64,000 bases of DNA from the human T2T-CHM13v2.0 reference genome, Homo sapiens. The position numbers and the translations under genes are program-made. Of the stretch, positions 25,738 through 38,291 are shown piece by piece. Positions within the stretch are counted from its first letter, which is position 1, and every line of letters begins with the position of its first letter. The notes beneath the pieces were generated by a model. It was not told the DNA's origin. It saw nothing but the letters and a program-made list of their open reading frames with translations, and ran no database searches. The DNA is taken from assembly GCF_009914755.1 (NCBI RefSeq), contig NC_060930.1. One strand, 5' to 3'.

Positions 25738-27391
25738 TGATATGGTTTGGCTGTGTCCCCACCCAAAATCTCATTTTGAATTGTAATCCCCATGATCCCC
25801 ATAATCCCCACATGTCAAGGGAGAGACCAGGTGAAGGTAATTGAATCATGGAGGCAGTTTCCCCCATGCTGTTCTCATGATAGTAAGTTCTCACAAGATC
25901 TGATGGTTTATTTATTTATTTATTTATTTATTTTTGTTATACTTTAAGTTCTAGGGTACATGTGCACAACGTGCAGGTTTGTTACATATATATATACATG
26001 TGCCATGTTGGTGTGTTGCAACCATTAACTCGTCATTTACATTAGGTGTATCTCCTAATGCTATCCCTCCCCCCTCCCCCCACCCCACAGCAGGCCCAGG
26101 TGGGTGATGTTCCCCTTCCTGCGACCAAGTGTTCTCATTGTTCAATTCCCACCTATGAGTGAGAACATGCAGTGTTTGGTTTTTTGTCCTTGCGATAGTT
26201 TGCTGAGAATGATGGTTTCCAGCTTCATCCATGTCCCTACAAAGGACATGAACTCATCCTTTTTATGGCTGCATAGTATTCCATGGTGTATATGTGCCAC
26301 ATTTTCTTAATCCAGTTTATCACTGATGGACATTTGGGTTGGTTCCAAGTCTTTGCTATTGTGAATAGTGCCACAATGAACATACGTGTGCATGTATCTT
26401 TATAGCAGCATGATTTATAATCCTTTGGGTATGTAGCCAGTAATGGGATGGCTAGGTCAAATGGTATTTCTAGTTCCAGATCCTTGAGGAATCGCCACAC
26501 TGTCTTCCACAATGGTTGAACTATTTTACAGTTCCACCAACAGTGTAAAAGTGTTCCTGTTTCTCCACATCCTCTCCAGCACCTGGTGTTTCCTGACTTT
26601 TTAATGATCAGCATTCTAACTGGTGTGAGATGGTATCTCATTGTGGTTTTGATTTGCATTTCTCTGATGGCCAGTGATGATGAGCATTTTTTCATGTGTC
26701 TTTTGGCTGCATAAATGTCTTCTTTTGAGAAGTGTCTGTTCATATCCTTTGCCCACTTTTTGATAGATTCCCTGTTTAATAAGTGGTGCTGGGAAAACTG
26801 GCTAGCCATATGTAGAAAGCTGAAAGTGGATCCCTTCCTTATGCCTTATACAAAAATTAATTCAAGATGGATTAAAGACTTACATGTTAGACCTAAAACC
26901 ATAAAAACCCTAGAAGAAAACCTAGGCAATACCATTCAGGACATAGGCATGGACAAGGACTTCATGTCTGAAACACCAAAAGCAATGGCAACAAAAGCCA
27001 AAATTGACAAATGAGATCTAATTAAACTAAAGAGCTTCTGCACAGCAAAAGAAATTACCACAAGAGTAAACAGGCAACTTACAGAATGGGAAAAAATTTT
27101 TGCAATCTACTCATCTGACAAAGGGCTAATATCCAGAATCTACAAAGAACTCAACCAAATTTACAAGATCTGATGGTTTATTAAGTGTTTGATAGTTACT
27201 CCTGTGTTAATTCTCCTTCATGCCACCTTGTGAAGAAGGTACCTTGCTTCTCCTTCACCTTCTGCCATGATTGTTAAGTTTCCTGAGGCCTTCTCAGCCA
27301 TGCTGAACTGTGAGTCAATTAAACCCCTTTCCTTTTTTAGTTATGCAGTCTCTGACACTTCCTTATAGCACTGTGAAAATGGACTAATACA
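25738..27391 (+). mobile_element. THE1 (THE1C/D-like) LTR split by an inverted L1
   Basis: TGATATGGTTTGGCTGTGTCCCCACCCAAA start; resumes at ~27181; ends GGACTAATACA. Confidence 0.92.
25913..27162 (-). mobile_element. 5'-inverted truncated L1 (L1PA4/5-like)
   Basis: (TTTA)n tail, 3'UTR and ORF2 end on - to ~26764; upstream ORF2 segment on + from ~26765; 20-bp direct repeat ACAAGATCTGATGGTTTATT flanks it. Confidence 0.95.
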
Positions 27392-28589
27392 ATTAGTATA
27401 ATTGTATTATAAGTGTAATCACGTTCCAAGTTATCTGCTGCTCTAAGTTAGGTCTTAAAAGGTGGAAAACTATTAGTAGTTGGAATTAGGCAGAGTTTAT
27501 GATGCAATAGCTTTTCATAACTAGATACCACAAAATAAGAGTTTTGAAAGGAGACTTGAAGAGTTAGCTCTTAGATTTGGGATATGTGCATTCCTGGTGT
27601 TTAATAGTCATATTTTCCAGTACCAACTATTTCCTGGAGCAAATATTTTTACCTGGCATAAGATTATTCAATACAGAGACAGGAAAGCATGCCTGTTCAA
27701 AGTATTATTTAACCTAGGGACAGGAAAATATGTTTGTTCTCAGTATTGGTACAGGTAGGGACAGGGGATTAGGTTGGCTTTACTTTTCATTATTATTTTT
27801 GTGTTGTTGTTTCTTATTCTTCTGCTCTGCACTTATTTTTGTATCTCCATTACACTTGTATTGAATTTCTTTTACCCATTCCCCTGTGTCTAACCTTTCA
27901 CTTATCATCTTCTTCTGAGACTCATACTTGTGTTCTGAAAGGATTTCTTGTGCTAATACTCTCATTCAATATATCTATTTTGTACAGGATTCAATTTGTT
28001 ATTTACTCTCACCACAGCATTTTTAACCCCTGTAATCAGGTTTTTGTTTTGTATTTTTGTTTTAATAATAAAACAATATTTCTTGATCTCAGACATTCTA
28101 ACCTTTTGAATGAGAGGATCACTTAGTTAACCAAACTATATACTTTTCTATTAAGAATATCTTCTAAATATAATTATTCTAATACAAAATCATACCTGAA
28201 TTTATAAGAACATAATACATTTAGGCTTATTAAAATGTTCCATTTTGATATTTATTAGTATTTACAATGCTACTTTTGAAAATCAAAGTTATAAAATGAA
28301 GATTTAATTCTAAACTTTAGTTATGTGTGTACAAATAAATATTTGAAGGCAGTCTTTTTTTCCTATAAAAACATTCATTTTTCCACAGGCAGAAAACTGA
28401 AAAGAAGGCAAATACAATGCTAGAGAATAAATAATCTATCCTGAATATTTTCCCAATAGGACAAAATGACAGTAATTTGAATTTATTTTAATATTGTATA
28501 CAAAAATGCTATGTATAGAAGATTATGCTAAGATTTTGAAATGATTTATTAAATAACTTTAAAAAGTGTAATTTGTTTATTTATAAGTC

Positions 28590-28750
28590 AAAGGGTAAAT
28601 TCTTGAGGGGATGGGCACCCCATTCTCCATGATGTGCTTATTTCACATTGCACACCTGTATCAAAACATCTTATGTACCCCATAAACATAACACCTACTG
28701 TGTACTCAGAAACCTTTTAAAAATAATAAAAAAAAGATTTTAAAAAATAA
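28590..28750 (+). mobile_element. L1MA1-3-like 3'-end fragment
   Basis: TTGAGGGGATGGGCACCCCATTCTCCATGATGTGCTTATTTCACATTGC...GTACCCCATAAA plus A-rich tail. Confidence 0.85.
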
Positions 28751-29306
28751 ACTAATAATTTGTATAAAACTAATAATTGCATTTTAAATGTGTTTCAAGT
28801 ATTCCCAACATCACTGCTTTGAATTTTTGAATGCACTTTTAGCCTATAAATGCTGAAGGAAAACAAGTATTGTTCAGTTTGGCACTGTTACAATTCCATT
28901 GTACTGCATTGCAATATTTTACAGCTTTATTTTGTCCCAAAAGAGCATTTCATTTTATGGCAGGTGAAACCTGTGTCACTATTTCTTTCTACCCCTGATG
29001 CTGACTAGCTTTGTAATGCAACATGTTCACACTCACGGGAAAGAGGACATATCTTAATTGCTTTACTGCTAAGGAAAGAAAACAAGACTTGTTTATTGAA
29101 CTTACTCAATTGTTTGTAAAAACAAAACAAAAGGAACAATATCCTGATTTGTAACATAATATTCACAGAACTATCAGATCACAACTTTACTTGACTGGAA
29201 AGTTTCTGAAATAAAGCAATACCTAGATTGTTTCTCTTTTGTAAAATCTGCAAATGGTCACATATTTAGTAAAATCTTATAGCAATAATTAGACACATAT
29301 AAATTA

Positions 29307-29539
29307 TAGGTTAAGGATCCCTTATCCAAAATGCTTGGGGCTAAAATTGTTTGGGATTGCAGATTTTTTCTGATTTTAGAATATTTGCATTATATCCACT
29401 TCAGCATCCCTAATCCAAAAATCCAAAATCTGAAATGCTATAATGAACATTTCCTTTGAGTGTCATCTCAGCGTTCAAACAATTTTAGATTTTGGAGCAT
29501 TTCAGGTTTCTGTTTTTCTAATTAGGGATATTGAACCTG
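29307..29539. mobile_element. Tigger4a/MER46 MITE
   Basis: TIR-like ends AGGTTAAGGATCCCTTATCCAAAATGC / TTAGGGATATTGAACCTG|TA; internal CCCTAATCCAAAAATCCAAAATCTGAAATGCT. Confidence 0.85.
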
Positions 29540-29719
29540 TAAATATATTAAAACTGAGTACCTAATGTTTTGAGAGGAAGAGGCAATTAAGCATGGAGGG
29601 TGAAGTAAACACAACTGAAACAAGATAAAATAAATGGTTTCGCACAAACAGACGATGACAGGTGCCATGGATTGAAGAGTCAGATCAGTTCAACTTGGGG
29701 CACAGGAGAACTTAATGGG

Positions 29720-30240
29720 AAATTCAAGTGAAGTGAAGTAACCACATTTGCTATTTTGAATTATCACTCTGACAATATGAACAGATTAAAATACAGCAAG
29801 AATAGAAATGAGAGACAAGAATTAAGTCTTTTTCAGTGACTCTCACAAAATATGATAAAGGGATTCACTAAGGTATGAGCTAGTAAGAGATGAAATACAA
29901 ACCTTAAAACTTTAAAATAGTTAGGACTCATAGTTGTTTAAGATGTAGAAGTAAGTGAAAGAGGTAAAGAATGGATCAGTGTTATAAATTGAAGAACTAG
30001 TGTTATTCTTGGAGAATAAACAAGTAGATTGAAGACAGAGGCTGGTGCAAAAGTAATTGCGGGTTTTGCATTACTTTTAATGGAAAAAAAAACGCAATTA
30101 CTTTTGCTCCAACCTAATATATTGAAACGGAAGTTTCTGTGGCCTATACAAAGTGATGTATCCAGTGGATAGTTGATACGTTGTCCAGTGGTTTATAGGT
30201 ACAGGTCTTCAGGATGCTGAAATTAAATTAGATATGTCTG
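29720..30240 (+). mobile_element. Degenerate L2-like remnant (hosts MADE1)
   Basis: Purine-rich tract with ATCACTCTGAC, CAAGTGATGTATCCAGTGGATAGTTGATA, similar to the L2 3' region; strand uncertain. Confidence 0.4.
30039..30117. mobile_element. MADE1 (Hsmar1-derived palindromic MITE)
   Basis: AGGCTGGTGCAAAAGTAATTGCGGGTTTTGC-ATTACTTTTAAT-GG...CGCAATTACTTTTGCTCCAACCTAA|TA. Confidence 0.93.
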
Positions 30241-30589
30241 TCTTTCCTACTATAGGAAGACACTTCTTGACCCCGCTGAACAGATGACATTTGTGCATAA
30301 TGTTTAAAAGAAATAATTGTAATATCTACTACCCAAAATAGGTCATTGTTTGTTTCAAAGTTCAATAAAAATATTACAAATTATCTTTGCCACTACCCTA
30401 GTTCTGTAGCTATATAAGTGGATTTGAAATAGATGTTGAAAATTATAGCGTGATTTCATAGATAAATATGGGAATAAATAGATTTTAAATGATTGTCAAT
30501 TATTACCATGATTATACTCTGTTTTTTTTAAAAAAATTAGAGGTTATCTTATTGATTTGACAGTTCACTCCTCTGTTGCTTATACAGAG

Positions 30590-30706
30590 ATGGGAAGACA
30601 TTATGGTTAAACATATGGGCTCTGAAGTGAGACTTTTTAGGTCTCACTTTTACCTTGAGCAAATTACATAAAGCCCTCGATTTTCATTTCCGCATTTTTA
30701 AAATGC
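30590..30706 (+). mobile_element. MIR fragment
   Basis: GGTTAAACATATGGGCTCTGAAG...ACCTTGAGCAAATTAC...TTTAAAATG. Confidence 0.55.
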
Positions 30707-30721
30707 AGCTTCTTTGGTACT

Positions 30722-31010
30722 TTGGGTAGCTTATCTCTAAAATGGTCACTATTGCTGCCTTCCTTCTCAATATCTACATTCCATTCTCTCACTTGAAAGA
30801 TGAAGTTTGTTCTTCCACTTCCTTGAAACTGAGATGGTCTGTGACTGCTTTGACTACAAAATTTTAAAGAGATGAGGTTATGGTCATTTCTAAAACCATG
30901 AAGTTATATCATTTTTAGCCTTTAAAAGGCATGACAGTTTCCACCTAACTATCTTGGAAGTTGTTCTGGTGAAAGGGAGTTGCAATGTAAGAAGTTCATG
31001 TTAAGATTGC
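30722..31010 (+). mobile_element. MLT1 (G/H-like) LTR, 5' part
   Basis: CCTTGAAACTGAGATGGTCTGTGACTGCTTTGAC...TTAAAAGGCATGACAGTTTCCACC...CATGTAAGAAGT-like motif. Confidence 0.6.
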
Positions 31011-32340
31011 CTTTTTATGGCAGCATAGTATTCCATGGTGTCTATGTACCACATTTTCTTTATTGAGTACATTGTTGATGGGCATTTAGGTGGATTCCAT
31101 GTCATTGCTATTATGAATAGTGCTACAATGAGCATACATGTCTATGTGGGTTTATGATAGAATGATTTATTTTCCTTCAGGTATATACCCAACAATGGGA
31201 TCACTGGGTTGAATAGTAATACTATTTAGAGTTCTAGAAGAATCCTCACAAGGCTTTCCACAATGGCTGAACTAATTTTCCCTGCCACCTACAGTGTATA
31301 AAGCATTCCCTTTTCCCTGCAACCTTGCCAGAATGTATTATTTTTTGACTTTTTAATAATAGCCATTCTTACTGATGTGAGATGGTATCTAACTGTGGTT
31401 TTAATTTGCATTTTTTCTAATAATTAGTGATGTTGAGCATTTTTCATATGTTTGTTGACTGCATGTATGTCTTGTTTTGAGAAGTGTCTGTTCATGTCTT
31501 TTACCCACATTTTAATGGGTTTGTGTTTTGCTTACAAATTTGTTTCAGTTCCTTATGGATTGTGGATATTAAAGACCTTTGTCAGACGTATAGTTTTTAA
31601 ATATTTTCTCCCATTCTTTAGGTTGTTTAATCTGTTGATAGTGTCTTTTGCTGTGCAGAAACTCTTTAGTTCAATTAGATCCCATTTGTCCATGTTTACT
31701 TTTGTTGCAATTGCTTTTGACATCTTTGTAACAAAATATTTGCCACTTACTATATCCAGAATGATATTTCCTTTGTTATCTTCCAGAGTTTTTTATAGTT
31801 TTAGGTTTTACATTTAAGTCTTTAATTAATCTTGTGTTTATTTTTATATATGGTGTAAGGAAGGGATCCAGTTTCAATCTTCTGCATATGGCTAGCCAGT
31901 TATCCCAGCAGCATTTATTGTATAGAGAATCTTTCCCCATTGCTTTTTTTGTGTGTGTCAGTTTTGTTCAAGATCAGATGGTTGCAGTTGTGCAAAATGA
32001 GGTTATGTCCTTTGCAAAAACATGGTTAGAGCTAGAGGCCATTATCCTAAGCAAACTAATGCAGGAACGGAAAGCTAAATATTGCATGTTCTCACTTATA
32101 AGAGGGAGCTAAGCAGCGAAAACACATGGGCATGAAGAGGAGAACAACAGACCCTGGGGCCTACTTGAGGGTGAAGGGTGGGAGGAGGGAGAGGATCAGA
32201 AAAAATACCTATTGGACACTACACTTACTACCTGGGAGATGAAATAATCTGTAAATGAAACCCACAAGACATCAGTTTCCCTACATAACAAACCTGCACA
32301 TGTACCCCGGAACCTTAAATAAAAGCTAAAAGAAAGAAAA
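31011..32340 (+). mobile_element. 5'-inverted truncated L1 (L1PA15/16-like)
   Basis: 31011-~31993 antisense ORF2 3' region; ~31995-32340 sense 3' end (GAGAGGATCAGAAAAAATACCTATTGG...AACAAACCTGCACATGTACCCC) plus A-rich tail. Confidence 0.88.
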
Positions 32341-32589
32341 ATCAGAGAAATAATCTAGTATTTTTTAAGAGCTATAATTATCCAAGTTGATGATTTAAAA
32401 TCCTTCAAATACATATATAATTGTCCAGCAGAACCCAATATTAACATGAGGAGAGGAAAAGGAGACTAAAAAAATCGTTAACAGAATTCCTGAGTTTTAC
32501 AGATGAAAGAATTTATGTGCAAGTTGTAACAACTATGAATACTAAAGTTAATAAATTTTCCTGGCAATAATATAACAGGAAGTGTCCTG

Positions 32590-32735
32590 AGTTGGCATGC
32601 TCTTGCCCTCTCACCACATGATGTCCTCTACCATGTTATGAATCAGCATGAAGGCTCTTCCTAGATGCCAGGCCTATGCTCTTGGACTTCCCAGTCTTTA
32701 CAATCATAAGCTAAATAAGCTTATTTTTCTAAAAA
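32590..32735 (+). mobile_element. MST-type MaLR LTR fragment
   Basis: CTCTTGCCCTCTCACCACATGATG...AGATGCCAGG..ATGCTCTTGGACTTCCCAGTC...AAATAA. Confidence 0.7.
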
Positions 32736-34136
32736 TAATATAAAAATCCACCCCCACCCCCCAGAAAAGAACCCACTGTCTGCTGCCTGCTGGGAGAGTG
32801 TTTAAGGTAGCTTTGTGGGAAGGTCACATTATTGCTTTACCTGTTTCTGTATTTTCTACTTTAAAGTATCCCTTGTCTTCAAAATCAACAGAACTTTCTA
32901 TCTCTGGTCTCATTTTTTCTAACCAACTTTAACATGTCCTAGCAGCCCAGCACATATCATTTTACATCCTATTTTTATACATTTTCAGGAATTGCTACAG
33001 CAGCAGGTTCCTAATGCTGCATTGCAGTTTTCATAGGAAGAAGATTAAGTCCAGTAAATATAGAGGTTGACAAGGGATGGATGTTCACAATGAAAAGCAA
33101 ACTTCTCTGTTCTACTAGCTATACATCTCATACTTCAGGAAGGTAGCTCAGTGCTCCTTATCTTTGAATTAGTGAAAGTTTACTCTTTTCTCATCAAAAC
33201 TTTCTTCAAAACTTTCTTGTTGCAGAGGCCCAACCTAAAAAGACATTTTTCCAGTAATTGCTGGCTAGTGAATGTCATACAATGTCAAAAGCAGTTTATT
33301 AAAGGCTAAAATTCAAAGTATTATTTCATGTAGAAGATGTCAAGTAGTAACTCTGACTGCATTTTTACTGAGTCAGCTAAATTAACTTGAGAGTTTAGAT
33401 GATTCAAGTGCAGCAAAAGTGACATTAGTTCTTCCATTGGCAATTATTTTTGGCTAATTAAAATAAGACTCCCTCTAATGTTTTTTGTTAACAGACCTTC
33501 TAGTTAAAGCTTTAGTGATATCAATTTGTTGGAATAACTTACAATTTCTGTTATACGATGGCCTCTACAGTCAGGAGAATTAATTCATCAGCCACATTAC
33601 ATTTATTACTTTTGCTCTTCTCCTCCTTTTTTTTCTTGCTATCCTCTTCTTTCTCTTCTTTTTCCTCTCCTCACTCCTTATCGTATTATTTACTATCTGA
33701 ACAATGTCTATTAATAACAGGTGTTACTATAAATGAATTTAAGAAAAATAAAATATATTCGATAGCATAAATTTTCATATTAATTTACCTTTTATCTATT
33801 TCGATATTATATTTGAAATCCAAAAATACAAAGTTAATGATTACTCTGAACTCTATGGTACTTATATCAAAGAGCTGACCCAGAAATACATGCATTCTTG
33901 CTAGGAAGAATGAAATCACTGGTCCTTTATTCAAAAAAATGTAATGCCTTTAGCTACAAAAAAAATTTTAAATAAGGAATATTGCTTATAAATATTCACA
34001 AATAAGGAATATTTATATATAAATAAGGGTTTATATACAAATAAATTAGAGTTATAAAAAAGGAATATTGCTTATAAATATAAATATTGCTTATAAATAA
34101 ACAAAAACATGATAATTATGAAAGGTCTTTTGAGTA

Positions 34137-37100
34137 CAGGCATACTTTATTTTATTGAGCTTCATTTTATTGTGCTTCATAGATATTGCAGTATTTACAA
34201 ATTGAAGATTTGTGGAAGCCTGCACCTAGCAAGTCAATAAGTGCCATTTTTCTAATAGCATGTGCTCACTTTGTGTCACATGTTGTTAATTCTTGCAATA
34301 TTTCATACTTTTTTAGTATTATCATATCTGTTACGATGATCTGTGATCAGTGATCTTTGATGTTATTATTGTAATTTTGGGGGGTGCCAGGAACTGCATC
34401 TTTCTAAGATGGTAAACTTAATTAATAAATGTGTGTGTTCTGACTGCTCCACTCACCAGCCATTCAACCATCTCTTGTCCTCACCTCAGGCTACCCTGTT
34501 ACCTGAGACACAAAAATATTGAAATCAGGTCAATTAATAACCTTACAATAATCTCTAAGTGTTCAAGTGAAAGTCAGACTCACTCACTTTAAATCAAAAG
34601 GTAGAAATGATTAAGTTTAGTGAGGAAAGCATGTCAGCACCTGAGATAGGCTGAAAGCTAGGCCTCTTGCACCAAGAGTTAGCTAAGCTATGAATGCAAA
34701 GGAAATGTTCTTGGAGGAAATTAGAAGTTCCACTTCATGAATATATGAATGACAAGAAAGAGTAACAGCCTTATTGCTTATGGGGGAAAGTTTTAGTGGT
34801 CTAGATAGAGGATCAAACCAGCCACAGCATTCCGTTAAGCCAAAACGTAATCCAGAGCAAGGCTCTAAGCCCGCCCCCTTTCAATTCAGTGAAGGCTTAA
34901 CAAAAGTGAGGAAGCTGCAGAAGAAAAGTTGAAAGCCAGCAGAGGTTTGTTCATGAGGTTTATGGTAAAGAGCTGTCTCCAAAACATAAAAGTGCAAGCA
35001 GAAGCAGCGTGCTGTTGGAGAAGCTACAGCAAGTTATCCAGAAGAACTAGCTAAAATAATGGGTAAAGGTGGCTACACTCAAGAGCAGATTTTCAATATA
35101 GATGAAACAGTCTTATATTGGAGGGAGATGCCACTTAGGACTTTCATCACTAGAAAGGATAAGTCAATGCCTGATTCAAAGCTTCAACAACAGGCTGACT
35201 CTCTTGGTAAGGTCTAATTCAACTGATGACTTTAAGTTGAAACTAATGCTCATTTACCATTCAAAAATTTATAGGGCTCTTAATAATTATGTTGAATTTT
35301 AGTCAAAACTGACTTCAAATTATACTACCAGGCTATGGTTACCAAAACATCATGGTACTCATATAAAAACAGGCACATAGACCAATGGAACATAATAGAG
35401 AACCCATAAATAAAGCCTAATACAGCCACAAAATCTTCTATAAAGCATACAAAAACATAAATTGGGGAAAAGACAGTCTATTCAATAAATTGTGCTGGGG
35501 AAACTGGAAAACTACACGTAGAAGAATGAAACTGGATCCTCATCTCTCACCTTATAAAAAAATCAACTCAACTTGAATCAAAGACTTAAATCTAAGACCT
35601 TAAATACCTAAAAGTAGGTCTACCATTTGATCCAGCAATCCCAGTCCTAGGTATCTACCCCCAAAAAAGTCATTATGTAAAAAAGCAACATACACATGCA
35701 TGTTTACAGCAGCACAATTTGCAATTGCAAAGATATGGAACAAAACTAAGTACCTATTGGCCAACAAGTGGATAAAGAAAATGTGTTGTATATATACTTG
35801 GAATACTACTGAGCCATAAAAAGGAAAAAAATAGTATCCTTTGCAGCAGCTAGGATGAGCTGGAGGCCATTATTCTAAGTGAAGTAACTCAGGAATGGAA
35901 AACCAAATACTGTATATACTGTTTTCACTTATAAGTGAAAGCTAAGCTATGAGGGTGTAAAAACATACTGAGTGACATAATGGACTTTGGGGACTTTACG
36001 GAGAGGGTGGGAGAGGGGCGGGAGATAAAAGACTACATGTTGGGTAAGTGTATACTGCTTGGGTGATGGGTGCACTAAAATCTCAGAATTCACCACTGAA
36101 GAACTCCTCCATGTAACTAAAAGTCACCTGTACCCCAAAAGGTTGTACCCCTGTACATTCATGTAACTAAAATCCACCTGTACCATGGAGGTACCCCTGT
36201 ACATCCATGTAACTAAAAGCCACCTGAACGCCAAAAACTATTGAAATAAAAAAGATAATAAAAAGCACACTTAAAAATAGTTATGCTAAATCTACTCTAT
36301 GCTCCACAAATGGAGCAGCAAAGTCTAGATGATAGCACATCTATTTAGAGAATGATTTACTGAATATTTTAAGCCTACTGCTGAGACCTACTTGTGAGAA
36401 AAAAAAGAAAGATTCCTTTCAAAATATTACTGCTTTTTGATAAGAACTCTGATAGAGATGTATAAGGGGATTCATGTTTCCAACACTATTGACACAACAT
36501 CAATTTTTCAGCTCATGGATCAAGGATTAATTTTGACCTTTAAGCCTTATTATTTAAGAAATACATTTTGTAAGGCTATAGCTGCCATAGATAGTGATTC
36601 CTCTAATGGATCTGGGAAAAGTAAATTGAATACCTTCTAGAAAAGAACCACCATTCTAGATGCCATTAAAACATTTCTGATTCATGGGAGGAGGTCAAAA
36701 TATCAACATCAACAGAGGTTTGGAAGAAGTTGATTTCAATTCTCATGAATGGCTGAAGGGATTAAGACCTCAGTGAAGGCAGTAACTACAGATATAGTTA
36801 AAATAGTAAGAGAGCTAGAATTAAAAGTTGAGCCTGAAGAATGTGACTGAATTGGTGCTATCTCATGATCAAACATGAACAGATGAGGAGTCGCGTCTTA
36901 CGGATGAACAAAGAAAGTTGTTTCTTGAGATGGAATCTACTTCTGAACAAGATGCAGTGAAAATTGTTGAAATGACAACAAATGATTTAGAAGCAGTGGC
37001 AGGTTTCCAGAGGATGGACTCCAGTTCTGAAAGAAGTTCTGCTGTGGGTAAATGCTATCAAACACATTGCATGCTATAGATAAACATTTCATGAAAGGAA

Positions 37101-37497
37101 AAGTCAATTGATGTGGCAAATTTCATTGTTGTCTTATTTTAAGAAATTGTCACAGGTACTCCAACCTTCAGCAATCATCGTGCTGATGAGTCAGTAGTCA
37201 ACAACATCAAGACAAGAATCTCAACCAGCATTAAAATTAACATTTGTTGGAGGTTCAGATGATTGTTAGACTTTTTTTTTACAATATTTTAAATTAAAGT
37301 ATATATATATATTTTTAGACTTTTTAGACTTCATGCGGTTGCACATTTAATAGACTCCAGCATAGTGTAAACATAACTTTTAAATGTACTTGAAATCCAA
37401 AAATGTAGTGTGACATTTTGTGATATCACTTTATTGCAACATTCATTTTATTGTGGTGATCTGGAACAGAACCTTCAATATCTCTGAGTTATGTCCG
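34137..37497 (+). mobile_element. Tigger1, near full length; transposase pseudogene interrupted by L1PB
   Basis: TA|CAGGCATAC..TTTTATTG 5' TIR; GATTAAGTTTAGTGAGGAAAGCATGTC, GATGAAACAG (DET motif), ATGGATCAAGG (MDQG); 3' end CAATATCTCTGAGTTATGTCCG. Confidence 0.93.
35300..36272 (+). mobile_element. L1PB (PB2/3-like), 5'-truncated, inside Tigger1
   Basis: GACTTCAAATTATACTAC ORF2 region; 3'UTR ATGGACTTTGGGGACT...GGGTGATGGGTGCACTAAAATCTCAG...AAAAACTATTGAAATAAAA; diverged TSD AATAATTATGTTGAAT / AATAGTTATGCTAAAT. Confidence 0.88.
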
Positions 37498-38221
37498 TGT
37501 TCTGAAGGTGCTAGTCATCAGATTGATTCTAAATAATTCATAATTTAATCCAGTGATCTTACCTCACTTTGAAATAAGTTTACATTCTTTTTCATTTTTT
37601 TAATATCTTTGAAGATATCAAATGCCCATCATAGGGGAATGACTATACATAGTCTCCTTCTCCATCTGTTATGTTGCTACAGAAATGAATAAATATAATA
37701 TATATCAACAGACTTAGAAGAGTTTCCAAACATAATATTTACTGGAAGAAAGCAAGATGTAGAAACACATTTTTAATATAATCTAATTTTGTAAAATAAG
37801 TGACAGCAGAATCAGTTTGTATATGTGTTGATATATGCGCAAATCTGAAAAAGTATAGAAAAACGTGCATCATATTCTTACTGTTAGTTTCTTGGTAGAT
37901 AAAAAGAAAATGGTATTTTAAAAATAAACAAAATACCTTTAAAAGAACAAATATACCTATGATTTTAAAATAGCATTACAGCAGAATCTTATGCACAATA
38001 ATGCACATATATTTATATTTATGAAAACAAGTAAAAAATAAGATCACTAAACATGTTAATGCTGGCTTTCTTATAATAAATACATTCAAGTGTATTAATT
38101 TTTAAAATTATCTTATATCCTATTTACTTAAGCATGAAATAAAAAGAACAATTTTATCTAATTTATTTTATTTATGTCCTTTCATTTAGGATCCTGACAA
38201 ATTTTTTACAATGGTGATTTA

Positions 38222-38291
38222 CAATATCATTTGACTTTGTGTCCCCACCCAAATTTCATCTTGAATTGTAATCCCATAATCTTCACGTGTC
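38222..38291 (+). mobile_element. THE1/MST LTR 5' fragment (~70 bp)
   Basis: TGTGTCCCCACCCAAATTTCATCTTGAATTGTAATCCCATAAT matches the start of the THE1 at 25738. Confidence 0.8.

Noticed and set aside
26237-27014. Overlapping opposite-strand ORFs suggesting a bidirectional gene
   Set aside because: By-product of the L1 inversion junction
36108-36236. Repeat-spacer pattern resembling a CRISPR array
   Set aside because: Eukaryotic context; the units are L1 3'UTR sequence and the 'spacers' are similar to each other; no cas genes
34560-37130. Domesticated Tigger transposase (TIGD-like) gene
   Set aside because: Multiple stops, small deletions in the catalytic region and an L1 insertion
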